The notes under the pieces were generated by a model. It worked only from the letters and a program-made list of their open reading frames with translations, did not search any database and was not told the DNA's origin. A stretch of 64,000 nucleotides of DNA. Origin: the human T2T-CHM13v2.0 reference genome, Homo sapiens. Positions 27,066 through 43,560 of this stretch are shown one piece after another. The position numbers and the translations under genes were made by a program. The stretch lies in NCBI RefSeq assembly GCF_009914755.1, contig NC_060936.1; one strand, given 5' to 3'. Within the stretch, counting starts at the first letter, position 1, and every line of letters begins with the position of its first letter.

Positions 27066-27406
27066 TAATTGCTTCCTAGGTACCATGCCCTTTTTGGTAA
27101 AAACCTGATGATAGAATTTTTCCAGCATTCTATTTCTCTACTTAGGAGCAATTCCTGAAGGAAAATTACTAAAAGATATTATAGTTCTTCATCCCAAGTT
27201 AGTAGTCCAGTAGAATATTCCAGTTTAATTCAGATCTGGTGAAATGCACTGGATATCTGAGAGGTCCAATATAACATTTAAAACATAATGGGGATTACCA
27301 ATATCCTGGAAATACATCCAAATTACATATGAGTCCCTTGTGTTATTGATTATTTTGATTGCACATGAGACTTGAATGTTAAGGACTAAATTTGAACACA
27401 TCAAGA

Positions 27407-27410
<4 letters not shown>

Positions 27411-27442
<32 letters not shown>
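27411..27442. repeat. (GT)n microsatellite
   Basis: direct read. Confidence 0.95.
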
Positions 27443-27444
<2 letters not shown>

Positions 27445-28101
27445 TAAACACTTTAATCTCCTTCCAATATTTAAGAATTGAGATTCACTGGGATTTAGCC
27501 AGGACTGAGGCAAGTAGTCATTATCCTTGGGAAAGCCATAAATTATGCTCCTAAACGATGTGGAAACATTCTAACACTGACAGGAGATTGTGTCCCTTCC
27601 GTGAATTTGGGAATTTTAGAGGAAAAGAAAAAATAAAAAAAAAGTCATCATTTGTATAATTGGAGTTTGTGAAAAATGGAGGAGAGGAGAGCTTGGCCTA
27701 CCTAGATAGCAGCGGAGGCCAAAAGCAAATCAGTTAAATAGTTTGCTGAAGATGGAATTCACAATTTGCAATTAAACACATTGCAAAGCTCTATAATAAT
27801 AAATTAATAAGATAGCTAAAGAAAGGTACAGCAAAAATAAGTGTCCCTTAAGGCTAAGACCATATTTTTCTTCCCACTCATTTTTTGGCAGATAGTAACT
27901 ACTTAGTAAATATCTGGGAATAAAGGTTGAACATGAGAATATTTTAACTCTTTGAATATAATCACAAAGAAATACAATATTTTAGCTGTGTGTTTCAAGC
28001 AGGTGTCAGTTGCTTTACTTTTAATGAGCCTAACATATAGCATTTCTTTCAAATGTTTGTAATGGCAGTGGAAGTGGGCATGAAAATTTCATGCAAGTTT
28101 T

Positions 28102-28183
28102 ATTATGTTGAACCTTATAAAATTATAAATATTCACTGCTTTGAGTCGATAACAATGGCAAATTCAAATGGTTCAATCAGATA
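28102..28183. mobile_element. MADE2 mariner MITE
   Basis: 'tattatgttgaaccttataaaatt...atggcaaattcaaatggttcaatcagata'. Confidence 0.65.
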
Positions 28184-28449
28184 TCTTCTTTGGTCTAGGA
28201 GACATCATCTACATTTAAGAACTGATTAGCACTTTCTGTAAACAGTGAGTCACAAGAAGATAATCCTGGTACTAAAAGGGATGGAACCACTAGATGCTAT
28301 TGAGACCCTTTCTAAAACATTTTTAAGCCAGTTTTCTACAGAGGTCATTTCAGGGCATAAAAAATAAATAAATGAAACATAGCACTGTCATGGAGCTATT
28401 AGAAGCAACAATTAGCCAACAGTTTTACAAGTAGGTTTTAAAATTAAAT

Positions 28450-28560
28450 AGTGCTTATAGTTGCACAATTCTATGTATGTACTAAAAACCACTAATTATA
28501 CACTTCAAAAAGTGAATTTTATAATATATCTATTATATCTCCATAAAGATTAAAAAATAG
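28450..28560 (+). mobile_element. L1M extreme 3' end fragment
   Basis: 'gttgcacaattct...tactaaaaaccact...tacacttcaaaaagtgaatttta'. Confidence 0.6.
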
Positions 28561-29650
28561 AAGGGGCTAGAGGTACAGAAAATGGAAATACAAATGCACT
28601 CTCTGGACCATTCTGCAGCTACAAGGAGGAGGAAGAGCACATTACTGCCAAACCCCAGACATCTGCCTGGTTGCCAGCCAACCTTCACAGCATCATCTCT
28701 GCGAAGATCGCATGTCACAGCTCACACCCTTGCCAAGTCATAAGCGTAAAAATACATGCAGTATTAATAGCCTCTGGTATTTCCAGCACGATGCTTGAAT
28801 TCTGGAAAGGGATCCCCTGAACATTCCTAAATTGAACCATGGTGAGAACTGTCATCTTGCAAAATGCCATTTGAGTCTTTGCGGGATCTTTTCTCAAATC
28901 TCACTTGTCCAGTCAAGCTCATATGGCTGGTTCTAGGACAGAATAGATGTAACTATAAGCAGTACACTTAACTGGAGCTGTGGGAGAGGGAAGTTATGAA
29001 TTTCAGATGAAGGCCAGAAAGCTCAGCAAAATGTGCATATGCACAGACCCAGTGTTATATACAACATCAAGAGCCGAAAGGCCTTTGAATTCCTTCCATG
29101 GACACCATATTAAGAATCCTTGATCTGTATTCTACACAACATGTCCCCACTGCACTCTATTAAAGTATTTTAGTGAAAGTTAACATTGAAAACTAGATAC
29201 TAGGATTTTAGAGAAGCCCTAAAAGAGGCATCTTTTTCCTTTACTTTCACAAATAGTGGCCTTTACTTTCTTGATTAGAACCTACAGCTTCTAATGGAAT
29301 GCAAATGGCACTGGGCAATGGGGGAAAGAATCCGGTAGACTGAAACTATAATTACTTTGCTTTCATTGCCATGGGCTCTCTGTCTTTCTTTAAATTTTTC
29401 TGCTTGTCATTATGTATAATATTATTCTATTCCCAGCATTTCTTTGCCATTGCATTTTAAAATTGCATAGAAGCCCTATTTTTAATAGTAAGCCATTTCC
29501 ATCAGTTATCAGTAGCAATTGCAATCTGTTGCAAAAAAGAGTTCCGAAGAAACCAAAAATTCAGTCATTTCCCACAATTTATGACTTGATGCTGACCATA
29601 CTGAGGAGTCTCAAGACATGGTTTTGAGTGTATTTCAAAAGTGCCTCTTT

Positions 29651-29744
29651 GGCCAGGCATGGTGGCTCATGCCTGTAATCCCAGCGCTTTGGGAGGCCAA
29701 GATGGGGGGGATTGCTTGAGGCCAAGAGTTCAAGACCAGCCTGG
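29651..29744 (+). mobile_element. Alu left-arm fragment (FLAM/AluJ), 3'-truncated, no tail
   Basis: 'ggccaggcatggtggctcatgcctgtaatccc...agttcaagaccagcctgg' then unrelated sequence. Confidence 0.85.
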
Positions 29745-30840
29745 TATCCTCAGGATTGTGTTTAAATGCCCTGGAGAACACAAAGGAAAAATAGCTTCTT
29801 CCTTTAGAGAACTCTACCAATTAAGAAAGTAAGACTGATTATAAGGCAATGAGAGAATAGAACAATTCACTAAGTACTTACATTCATGGACCATAAATTG
29901 AAAAAAGTGCTCTAGATAAAGAAAAAAATATTCTGGGTTCTACCATCTTACCTGTCTATACTAAAAACAGGACTTTATGAATGCTGCACTGAAATAGCAT
30001 AATTAGGGAGGGAAAAAAGACATGTCAATAATCACCAATAAGCTTTTATTTTCTGGCATTCTGCACAGCTTCATGCTATACAATAGGCACATAAAAATAT
30101 TAAGAAGTCATAGCCCCTGTACGTAAGTTGCTTACAACTCAAGTTTATAGTTCCCAAATGATAAGAAAGAAAAGGTTGCTTTCTTTTTTTCCTACTTGAA
30201 GAGGAAGTGTTGAAGGAGAAATCTGTTCTGGCAAGATTCTCAACCAGAAACAGAAACATTTCCATTAGAAATATAGCAAATAGGACTGTTCTCCTGAGAT
30301 TTCTAACCTAATTAGTCAGATGAAAACATTTTTCAGATATTCCTCTGCTCATGTGTTTAGAGATGATAAAAAATCATTGAACATATTTTCTTCTCTACTA
30401 TCTCTGGAACACAGGCTGTATCACTTGAGGTAAAAGGAGACTGACAAAAACAAATCTGAAGGTCATTTAGAAAGAGGGCAGGCCTGGAATGAAAATAAAA
30501 GAGCCCTGAACAATTCTCAGACAGTCCCAACCAATTCTCATTTAAGATATTAATGCTTAATGGTTTTTAATCCCTAAACCAAGTTGCAATAAGACTAAGC
30601 GGGTAGTGATGAGAATGAATGAAGTTAGTTGAATCAAACAGAATTTTATTAGAGGGACCTTTGCTGTGATTACAATCCAATCCAGAATCACAGTTAAGCA
30701 ATGAAGTTTCATGAAGCAAAGACATGTTGAATCCAGTGCACATTTTGTTTATAGTTGCCAGCACTGAACTGCCTTTCAAACTGCCAGGCACACTTTACCA
30801 TATTAAGCACTTTATAGTCACATGCCCTGAACAGTGGTCT

Positions 30841-30842
<2 letters not shown>

Positions 30843-30882
<40 letters not shown>
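30843..30882. repeat. (GA)n microsatellite
   Basis: direct read. Confidence 0.95.
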
Positions 30883-30885
<3 letters not shown>

Positions 30886-30889
30886 ATTC

Positions 30890-31515
30890 CTTACTGCACC
30901 ATATAACATGCACGTAGAAAATTACATAAAATATACATGAACTTTTTGGCAATTATTCAAATAGTCCAATCCAGTCAAGAAATAGAATATTGTCAGTACT
31001 CTATAAGCACGCTCTGTGTTCCTCTCTCCTGGAGAAAACCACTATCTTTACTTGTGTTCATCATTTTCTTGCTTTTCTTTGCAGTGCTACTACTTATGTA
31101 TGCATTCCTAAACAATAGTCTGGTTTCACCTGTTTTTTAATTTCATAGGAACAGAATCATAATGTAGGCATTCTTTTGTGGCACAATTCCTTTGGTTAAC
31201 TTTACATTTGTGACAATTTCCAATGATGTTGCCTGTAAGTGATTGTTCATTTATATTACTGTTTAGTATTTAAATTTATTTATTTGTTATACATATAGCC
31301 AGGGCCCATGTATGAGAGTTCTCTAGGATATATTGCTGGAATTGCTGGGTCATATGGTAGGTATATCTTCAGCTTTCCTCAACAATGTTGAGCTTCCTTT
31401 CAATTTCACATCCTAATTTTAGCCAATTTGGTCAGTATGTCATTGTCATTTCCACTTAATTTTTCTAATTGCTAGTAAGATTGAGTACCTTTTCCTATGT
31501 GTACTGGCCTCTCCC
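30890..31515 (-). mobile_element. old L1M antisense fragments
   Basis: 'ggaattgctgggtcatatggtagg', 'gattgagtaccttttc'. Confidence 0.6.
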
Positions 31516-33362
31516 ACTTCTTAATTTAACAATCAACATCACCCTAACTCGGCTTCTTTGTATAGCACACACATATGCAGCAAGTAGCCTGACCATTTTC
31601 CAGTTGATTTGGAATGCTTTCACCATTGTGATTATAAAACTGTTATATCAACTGTGCTTCAATTCATATCAGTCATTGAAACAGTCTGCGAAGGATGGAA
31701 TGCTTTTTTGTTAAATCTACCGTTTGATGTTATAAACATGTTTGAATCCCAGCCTATACCTAGTCCTTAAGCTAATCATGGTGAAGTTGTACCAGGATAA
31801 AAGATGAAACATGAACTCTTTCCAGCACAAAAAGAAGTCTGTTTAGTACAGAAATTGAGGACCTAAGATCCATCAATGCAGGGCATTATGATAGTAGCTT
31901 ATTGAATTGGTTTCTATTTTCTGAGTGGAATTACAGACTTTGAAATTTAGGGTAACACTAGGATTCTCTCTTCCTCTGACTGAAAGAGCCCTAGAATTTC
32001 AGAGTAAGAAAGATGTAATATGTTATTATGTTTCTTATAGAGGCATTCATTAACTATTTACCTCACGTGCCCCAAATGGTCAAGGGCAAGCTACACTCTC
32101 ACTGATAAAGAACATTTTCTGAAAGAGCCTCTATTTTGCAGAAATGTGGCCTGCTCTGCACATCCTTGGGGTTACAGAGCAGAGAGCCTCCCTATGTTTG
32201 GCATTAATCTTTTAATCCTCTTAGATCATTTGGTTTATTGTCCCAATCTACCTGTTTTCATTGTTTTTCTGTTACAAATCAAAAAGAAAATCTCAGCAAT
32301 GCTCAGAAGTATTTTTATAAAACACAAAACACTAATTTTGGTTGGCATAAATTAAAATAAAACTTTGTCTTCATTTCTCAAATTTATTGAATATATATCC
32401 ACCTTCCAGTTTTTTTATCTTTTATAAGGAAAAAAATTCCAACACCTGTCGACAAATAAGTATACCTCTTTAAGTGCATAACTACAGAAGATACAGAGGA
32501 CAAGAAACTTCAAAATGCATAATTGCTCAAACAGCCAAGAAACTATTCAAAGGCCTACGTCTTCCTGGGCTTTTTGTTTATTTTGCTTTTTGTTGTTGTG
32601 TTCTTTTCAGAGTGAAGGCCAAATTTACAGAGCACTAAATTCAGAATATGAAGGAAAAATAACTTACATGAAATGTGATATAAAAATAGCCAACCAACTG
32701 CCACTCAAAGGAAAATAAAACCAATTATTTAGCTAAATTGAATATTTGGTCGGAACAGTTGCTTTATCTGGATGTTGCCTTAATCTCTTCACGAAGGATA
32801 TTAGGAAGGTACAATTGTCTCAATTATTAAGACATTTGCATTTTATCAGAGGTATCTGCATGGGGAAAATTTCCAAAATGGGTAACTACTTATAGATTTC
32901 TGGCACACATTTTTGACAAGGAAAATGTTTTTCAACTTTATATCGTGATATATTACAATAGTCTTTTTCTATTGAAATCCACTTCACATTTATATCAGAT
33001 GTTACATTCAATATAATAACCCGAGTGCACAGCAGTGTTAAGTCCTTAGTAAACACACATATTCTTGTTGAATGAATAAATGAAACATTTATGTGGCCTA
33101 CAATTGACTTCATTTTAAAGGTTTAATTCATATAAGTAGGGTGTACCCATAGTTTTTAAATAAAGGCACATAAAATCTCCAGTTTAGTCAGTTTAAAGTT
33201 TTAAGCCAAAATTAGTCTAAAAGTAGAGTAAGAGAACTCCTGTCTCTCTAATAACCAGCATTAACTTCAACAATCCAATCAATAAATTATAAATTATCAA
33301 AATCAAATCAAAGCCTGACTTTCTCATTTGTTTGAGGGCAGAAAGAAAGAAAAAGACAAATG

Positions 33363-33445
33363 AAAGGAGGGAAGGAAGGAAGGAAGGAAGGAAGGAAGGA
33401 AGGAAGGAAGGAAGGAAGGAAGGCAGGCAGGCAGGCAGGCAGGCA
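33363..33445. repeat. (GGAA)n(GGCA)n tetranucleotide repeat
   Basis: direct read. Confidence 0.95.
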
Positions 33446-33659
33446 TTTTTATAATAACATTAAGGAAAAGACAAGTTTAGCACCCCTTCTCCAAATACAG
33501 CATGGTATACCAGAAAAAAACATAGATGTTAGCTCCATTCGTATTCAGGCAACAAATACTATTGAGAACCTATGTCAGGTACTGTCTCGAAAATAAACAA
33601 AAAAAATGTTTAATGAATAAAACACAGCCCTTATCAGATGATCTTACTGTTGCTTGGTG

Positions 33660-33870
33660 GTGCGCTATTCAACCCTGTATTCAAATCTCATTTTTACCCT
33701 TTATATGACTTGGTACAAATTACTTAATATCCCAAAGCCTTGATTCTCTCACCTGTAAAAATTAGGAAAGTTTTAATTTATTTCTCAGTAGGTTGCTAGA
33801 AAGATGAAATGTGGCAGTGTACTCTATGTACACGTATATGGTATATCAATAGCAGGCACTAACATAGATG
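33660..33870 (+). mobile_element. MIR fragment
   Basis: 'tatgacttggtacaaattacttaat...ctcacctgtaaaa...ggttgctagaaagatgaaatg'. Confidence 0.55.
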
Positions 33871-34295
33871 AAGTCCTCTCGTCTGCTGCTCTTTCGCCTG
33901 CAAACAACCAGTTATCCCCAGTAAGACATGAAAACAGAAAAGATATTTACATATTTATGATATAATGTATTATTTTGAGATCCTTTTAAATCGAAAAGCA
34001 AGTATCATAATACACATTTTTTGGTTAGTGGAATTTGTAATACCAACTATATTACCTATATGTTCATGTTTTTCTTTCTATTTTTCATTTACTAAACTAC
34101 TCATAATGACTTCTATATCATTAAATGTGACCATGGGAGTGAAACAAACATGTCCACAGAGTCTTCTGGGTATAAAAGACAAAGATTAACAGAAAGAGGA
34201 TTGAGAACTGAAATAAAAATGAGAGGGAGAGACCAAAAACAAGCAAACAAAAATACCTATTAATACCTCATATCAACCTTGTATTATGTATTTAA

Positions 34296-34655
<360 letters not shown>

Positions 34656-34829
34656 GAAAGTCAATATTCTCTAACCTATTTCTTGTTTTAGTTGGCCTGC
34701 CTCATTTGATATTACTTTTATTGTTTTTACTCTTAATTTGATGCAAAGGTTTGAGAAAACAAGTTCATCTCTTCAGCTTGATATGGTCAAAGAAAAAAAT
34801 CCAGAAGAGGAGGGAATGGCAAAGTGTAT

Positions 34830-35990
34830 TGACAAGTGACACAGTAACAAATTGGAGAACATATTTGCCAAATGTAGAAAATATTAACGTTCAAAATATA
34901 TAAAGAATTAAAGAAGTAAAAGGAAAACAACCCGAAGAAAACAAAAAAGACAGAAGACTTAGGCAATTCACAGCAGAATTCTATATGATCAAAATATTAA
35001 AATCTCTCACTAATAATTAAAGAAATAAAATTCAAAACATTAAGAGAAATTTATTTCTATCAGATTAATTATATTCACTTTTGCTAAGGGTGTTCATAAA
35101 TAGAAATTTTCTTACAATGTATTTGGAAATATAAATTCATGTATAATGTATGGAGGCCAAGTTGACAATGCCTATAAATAATTAAAATGTATATGCTCTT
35201 TGTCCAAGAAATTCCACTTCTGGGAATTTATCCTATGGTTATAAATATGAAAATCTATGAACAACAGTTTCTTATATCATTTTTATATTAGTAAAAGTTG
35301 GAAACAGTCTAAATGTCCTTAGATAGGGAAATAGTTGAAAAAATTGCAATTAAGCTATAAAATGGAGTATACTGTGATATGGCTTGGCTCTGTGTCCCCA
35401 ACCAAATCTCGTCTTGTAGCTCCTATAAGTCCCATGTGTTCTGGGAGGGACCCACTGTGAGATGATTGAATCATGGGGGCGAGTCTTTCCCGTGCTGTTC
35501 TTATGATAGTGAATGGTTCTCACTATCCGATAGAGATCCGATTCTTTTAAAAACAAGAGTTTCTCTGCACAAGCTCTCTCTTTGCCTGCTGCCATCCACA
35601 TAAGATGTGACTTGCTCCTCCTTGCCTTCCACCATGATTGTGAGACCTCCCCAATCATGTGGAATTCTAAGTCCAATTAAACCTCTTTATTTTGTAAATT
35701 GTCCAGTCTTGGTATCTCTTTATCAGCAGCATGATGGATGAATTAATACACACTGCAACAAGACTATTTCTCAAAATTATATGCATACATGTGTAGGACA
35801 TGAAAACATGTCCCAAAATACATTGTGAACAAAAATTAAACTGTAGAACAAAATGTACGATTTATTCCAATTAGTGCGAAAACATTATATATGTGTGTTT
35901 ATGTCTTTGTTATGTATCTAGAAAGAAGGCCTAGAAGATATCAACCAATCTACTAATAGTGATCTATTAAAAGGAGAAATTAATTAAAAG
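34830..35990 (+). mobile_element. old L1M 3' region interrupted by THE1 LTR
   Basis: 'ttaggcaattcacag', 'aattccacttctgggaatttatccta', continuing after the LTR. Confidence 0.65.
35375..35750 (+). mobile_element. THE1 MaLR solo LTR
   Basis: 'tgatatggcttggctctgtgtcccc'...'taataca'; 5-bp TSD tactg/cactg. Confidence 0.92.
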
Positions 35991-36055
35991 CATTGAGGGA
36001 GAGGAGGGCATATTCTAGGTAACATTGCTTGAGAAGACAGAATTATCTTGAGACA

Positions 36056-38010
<1,955 letters not shown>

Positions 38011-38429
38011 AGGGAGAAAAAGATACAGATTTTTATAATGTTGCACTTTTACCCTAACTTTACCATAGGAAACAAGAGTTCAACCTTGATCATAGATGGC
38101 AACTCACTCCCCATGTCAAAGAGAAATTAGAGAACTATGTGAAAGAGTATATAGGTGTTTTATCACACTTAGCAGATAATGTGTTTTTTACAAATTGAAA
38201 GTTTGTGGCAAGCAAGTCTATTGCTGCCATTTCTCCAACAGAATGTGCTTACTTTGTGTCTCTGTGTCACATTTTGATAATTCTTGCAATATTTCAAACT
38301 TTTTCATTACTACTACATCTTCTGTTGTCATCTGTAATCACTGATCTCTGATGTTACTACAGTAATTGTTTTGGGTACCACAAACCATGCCCACGTAAGA
38401 TGGCAAACTTATTCAATAAATTTTGTGTG

Positions 38430-39562
38430 ACATCACTAATCATCAGGGAAATGCAAATTAAAACCACAATAAGATTCCACCTTACTCCCACAAGAATGGC
38501 CATTATTCAAAAGTCAAAAAACAATAGATGTTGGCATGGGTGTGGTAAAAAGGGAGTGCTTATATACTGCTAGTGGGAATGTAAATTAGTAAAAGCTTTA
38601 TGGAAAACAGTATGGAGATTTCTTAAACAACTAAAAGTAGATCTACCAATTGATCCAGCAACCCCCCTACTGGATATCTACCCAAAGAAAAATAACTCAT
38701 TGTATCAAAAAGACATCTGCATGCATATGTTTATTGCAGCAGGATATGGTTTGGCTCTGTGTCCCCACCCAAATCTCATCTTGCAGCTCCCATAATTCCC
38801 ACGTGTTGTGGGAGAGACCTGGTGGAAGATGATTGGATTGTGGGGGCAGGTCTTTCCCATGCTATTCCTGTGATAGTGAATGGGTCTCAAGAGATCTGAC
38901 AGTTTTAAAAAATGGGAGTTGTCCTTCACAAGCTCTCTCTTCGCCTGCTGCCATCCATGTAAAACATGACTTGCTCCTCTTTGCCTTGCTTGTGAGGCCT
39001 CCCAGACATGTGGAACTATAAGTCCAATTAAACCTCTTTCTTTTGTAAATTGCCCTGTCTCGGGTATGTCTTTATCAGCAGCATAAAAACAGACTAATAC
39101 ATAGCACAATTAACAATTGCAAAGATATGAAGTCAACCTTAAGTGCCCATTAACCAATAAATGGATAAAGAAAATGTGGTATATATACACCATGGAATAC
39201 TACTGAGCCATAAAAAATAATGAAATAATGTCTTTTGCAGCAACTTATTCTAAGTGAAGTAACTCAGGAATGGAAAACCAAATACCATATACTCTCAAGT
39301 GGGAGCTAAGCTAAACGTATACAAAGGCATACAAAGTGACTTAATGGACTATGAAGACTCAGAATGGGGAGGGTGGAAGGCCAGTGAGCGATAAAAAACT
39401 ACATATTGAATACAACATACACTACCCACATGATGGGTGCACTAAAATCTCAGACTTCACCACTATACAATTCATCCATGTAACCAAAAACCACTTACAC
39501 TCCAAAAGCTATTGAAATAAAAGAAAAAGAAAAATATATAAATAAAAATAAAACAAAATAAA
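38430..39562 (+). mobile_element. L1PB-like 3' fragment inserted in Tigger1
   Basis: ORF2 end plus 3'UTR 'gatgggtgcactaaaatctcagacttcaccactatacaattc', A-rich tail, approximate TSD ending 'ttttgtgtg'. Confidence 0.88.
38742..39101 (+). mobile_element. THE1 MaLR solo LTR nested in L1PB
   Basis: 'gatatggtttggctctgtgtccccacccaaatctc'...'agactaataca'; TSD cagca/tagca. Confidence 0.92.
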
Positions 39563-40778
39563 ATCAATGTTTTGTGTGTTCTGACTGCTCCACTAACTGG
39601 CTATTCCCACATCACTGGCCCTCTTCTCAGGCCTCCCTGTTTCCTGACGCACAGCAACATGGAAATTAGGCCAATTAGCAACTCAACAATAGCTTCTAAG
39701 AGTTCAAGTGAAAAGAAAATTTGCACATCTCCACTTTAGATCAAAAGCTAAAGATGACTAAGCTTAGTTAGGAAGGCATGTCAAAAGCTGAGATAGGCCC
39801 AAAGCTAGGCCTCTTACACAAACAGTCAGCCAAGCTTTGAAAGTAAAGAAAAAGATTTTGAAGAAAATTAAAAGTGCTACTCCAGTGAATAGCCATAGAT
39901 TAAAAAAAAAGACAGAGAACCAGTCTTATTGCTGATATGGAGAAAGTTTTAGTGTCCTGGATAGATCAAACCAGCTACAACATTCCCTTAAGCTAAATCT
40001 AATCCAGAGCAAGGCTCTAACACTCTTCAGGTTCTATGAAGGCTAAGAGAGGTGAGAAAGCTGCAGAAGAAAAGTTTGAAGCTAGCAGAGATTGGTTCAT
40101 GAGGTTTAAGGAGAAAAAGCCATGTCCATAATATAAAAGTGCAAGGTGAAGCGGCAAGCACTGATGTAGAAGCTGCAGCAAGTTATCCAGAACTAGCTAA
40201 GATAATTGATGAAGGTAGCAACACTAAATAATAGATTTTTAATGTAGATAAAATAATCTTCTACTGGAAGAAGATGCCATCTATGACTTTCATAGCTAGA
40301 GAGAAGTTGATGCCTGGCTGCAAAGCATTAACGGTCAGGCTGACTCTCTTGTTAGGGGATAATGCAGCTGGTGACTTCAAGTTGAAGCCAATCCTCATTA
40401 CCGTTCTGAAAATCCTGGGGTCCTTCAGAATTATGCTAAATCAACTCTTCCTGTGCTCTGTAAATGGAACAACAAATCCTGAATGAAAACACATCTGTTT
40501 ACGGCAAGGTTTACTGAATATTTTAAGCCAACTGTTGACACGTACTGCTCAGAAAAAAATGATTTCTTTAAAAATATTACTGCTCATTGACAGTGCACCT
40601 GGTCACTCAAGAGCTCTGATGGAGACATATAAGAAGATTAATGTTGTTTTCATGCCTGCTAACACAACATCCATTTTGTAGCTCAGGGGTCAAGGAGTAG
40701 TATCAACTTTCAAGTCTTATTATTTAAGAAATACATTTCATAAGGCTATAGCTGTCATAGATAGTGATACCTCAGGGG

Positions 40779-40806
40779 TTGTATTAGTCCATTCTCACAC
40801 TACTAA
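40779..40806 (-). mobile_element. THE1/MST LTR terminal stub
   Basis: 'tgtattagtccattctcacactactaa' is the reverse complement of a THE1/MST LTR 3' end. Confidence 0.6.
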
Positions 40807-41371
40807 TGATGCAGGATTTTTCTTCCTGGTCACTTTGCAAGCCAGGGACTTCTGGCCAGCAATGCCCTGCCTGGGTCCCCACTCAGCCATGAAGGCATGC
40901 CCCAGCTCGCCTGTGTTATAGCTTGGACCCACGTTCAGTGGTTTCCAAGCTCATATACCACACCCAAGAAGAATGAGGATGCTTGAAATTGAAGGATGAG
41001 GAAGATGGAATAATTTTATTGAGCGATGAAACAACTCTGAGCAGAGATGGGACGCGGGGGTGGTCCTCCTACCCAAAGACAGTGAAGTCCCCCATGTGGC
41101 TGGGTCCAGTGCCTTTTATGTACTCAGAATAGTGAGTGCATGCTGATTGGTTTGTGAATGTGCAAAAAAAAAAAAAAAGGTTAAAGCAAAGACACCACTC
41201 AAAGGTGGGCATGACAGTGTAGAAAACCAATTAGGAAAGGGTAGGTGCATTTAAAATAGGTGAAAGGTGGGGATCAGAGGAAAGAGCACCAAATGGGAAG
41301 ACAAGTTCTCAATGCCAGTCCAAGGATTTAACTTGTAGCTTGGCTATCAGGCTTTAAACTGTCTTTGGGTT
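40807..41371 (-). mobile_element. ERV1 LTR fragment (MER52/LTR27/LTR28 group)
   Basis: starts 'tgatgcaggatttttc', contains 'aagaatgagg', antisense polyA signal 'tttatt', 'tgctgattgg'. Confidence 0.65.
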
Positions 41372-41751
41372 AGAGGAAGTAACTGTAGATGTGGTGGAAT
41401 AGCAAGAGAGCTAGAATTAGAAGTGGAGTTTGAAGATGTGAGTGAACTGTTGCAATCTCATGATAAAACTTGAAAGGATGACAAGTTGCCTACAATGGAT
41501 GAGCAAAGACAGTGGTATCTTGAGATGGAATCTACTCCTGGTCAAGAAGTGGTGGACATTGTTGAAAATGACAACAAAGAATTTAGAATATTCCATAAAT
41601 GTAGTTGAAAAACAGCAGCAGAGTTTGAGAGGATTGACTCCAATTTTAAAACAAGTTCTATTGTGGGTAAAATGCTATCAAACATCAGAGCATTCTACAG
41701 AGAAATTTTTCATGAAAGGAAGAGTCAATCCATGTGGCAAACTTTACTGTC

Positions 41752-42836
<1,085 letters not shown>

Positions 42837-43359
42837 AACTTTATTCTCTTAAGAAATTGCCACAGCCGCCCCAATCGTCAGCAACCACCACCCTTATCAG
42901 CCAGCAGCTGTCAGCACTGAGGCAATACACTCTACCAGTAAAAAGATTATGATGAGCTGAAGGCTGGGATGACTGTTAGCACTTTTAGCAATAAAATGTT
43001 TTAAATTGAGGTATATACATTTTTTTAGATATAATGCTATTGCACACTTAACAGACTATAGTGTAAACACAACTTTTATGTGCCCTTCAACTTCAGTGTG
43101 AAGCCAATGCTCATTACCATTCTGAAAACCCTAGAGTCCTTAAGAATGATGCTAAATCTACTCTGTATGTGCTCTATAAATGAAAAAACAAAGCCTGATG
43201 ACAGCACATCTGTTTACTGCATGGTTTACTGAATATTTTACGCCCTCTGTTGACAACAAAAAATTCATGTGACTCAATTTATTATGGTGGTCTGGAACAG
43301 AACCTGTGGTACTTCCTAAGTATGCCTGTTGTTCATGGCTATTGGAAATGGGATGTGAG

Positions 43360-43560
43360 TGCCACTGCTCAGCTCCAGCCTCTTGAGGCCACACAGAAAC
43401 TTCAGACCCAGTTACACAAGATCTCTTCATTTTTCAAGAGAAGCCAGAAATTTAGATTTTTGGCTTTGGTGTTGAGGATACATTTAAAAATTTCTAAACA
43501 CTCTGTAGAGGCAGACAAAACATATCCAATAGTCAGACAGAACCTGTGTACTCTGGCTTG
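43360..43560 (+). mobile_element. MER102-like hAT-Charlie fragment
   Basis: 'atttttcaagagaagccagaaatttagatttt...aaacactctgtagaggcagacaaaaca'. Confidence 0.55.

Noticed and set aside
40274-40486. Tigger transposase ORF as a domesticated TIGD-like gene
   Set aside because: Short, frameshifted and interrupted by several insertions
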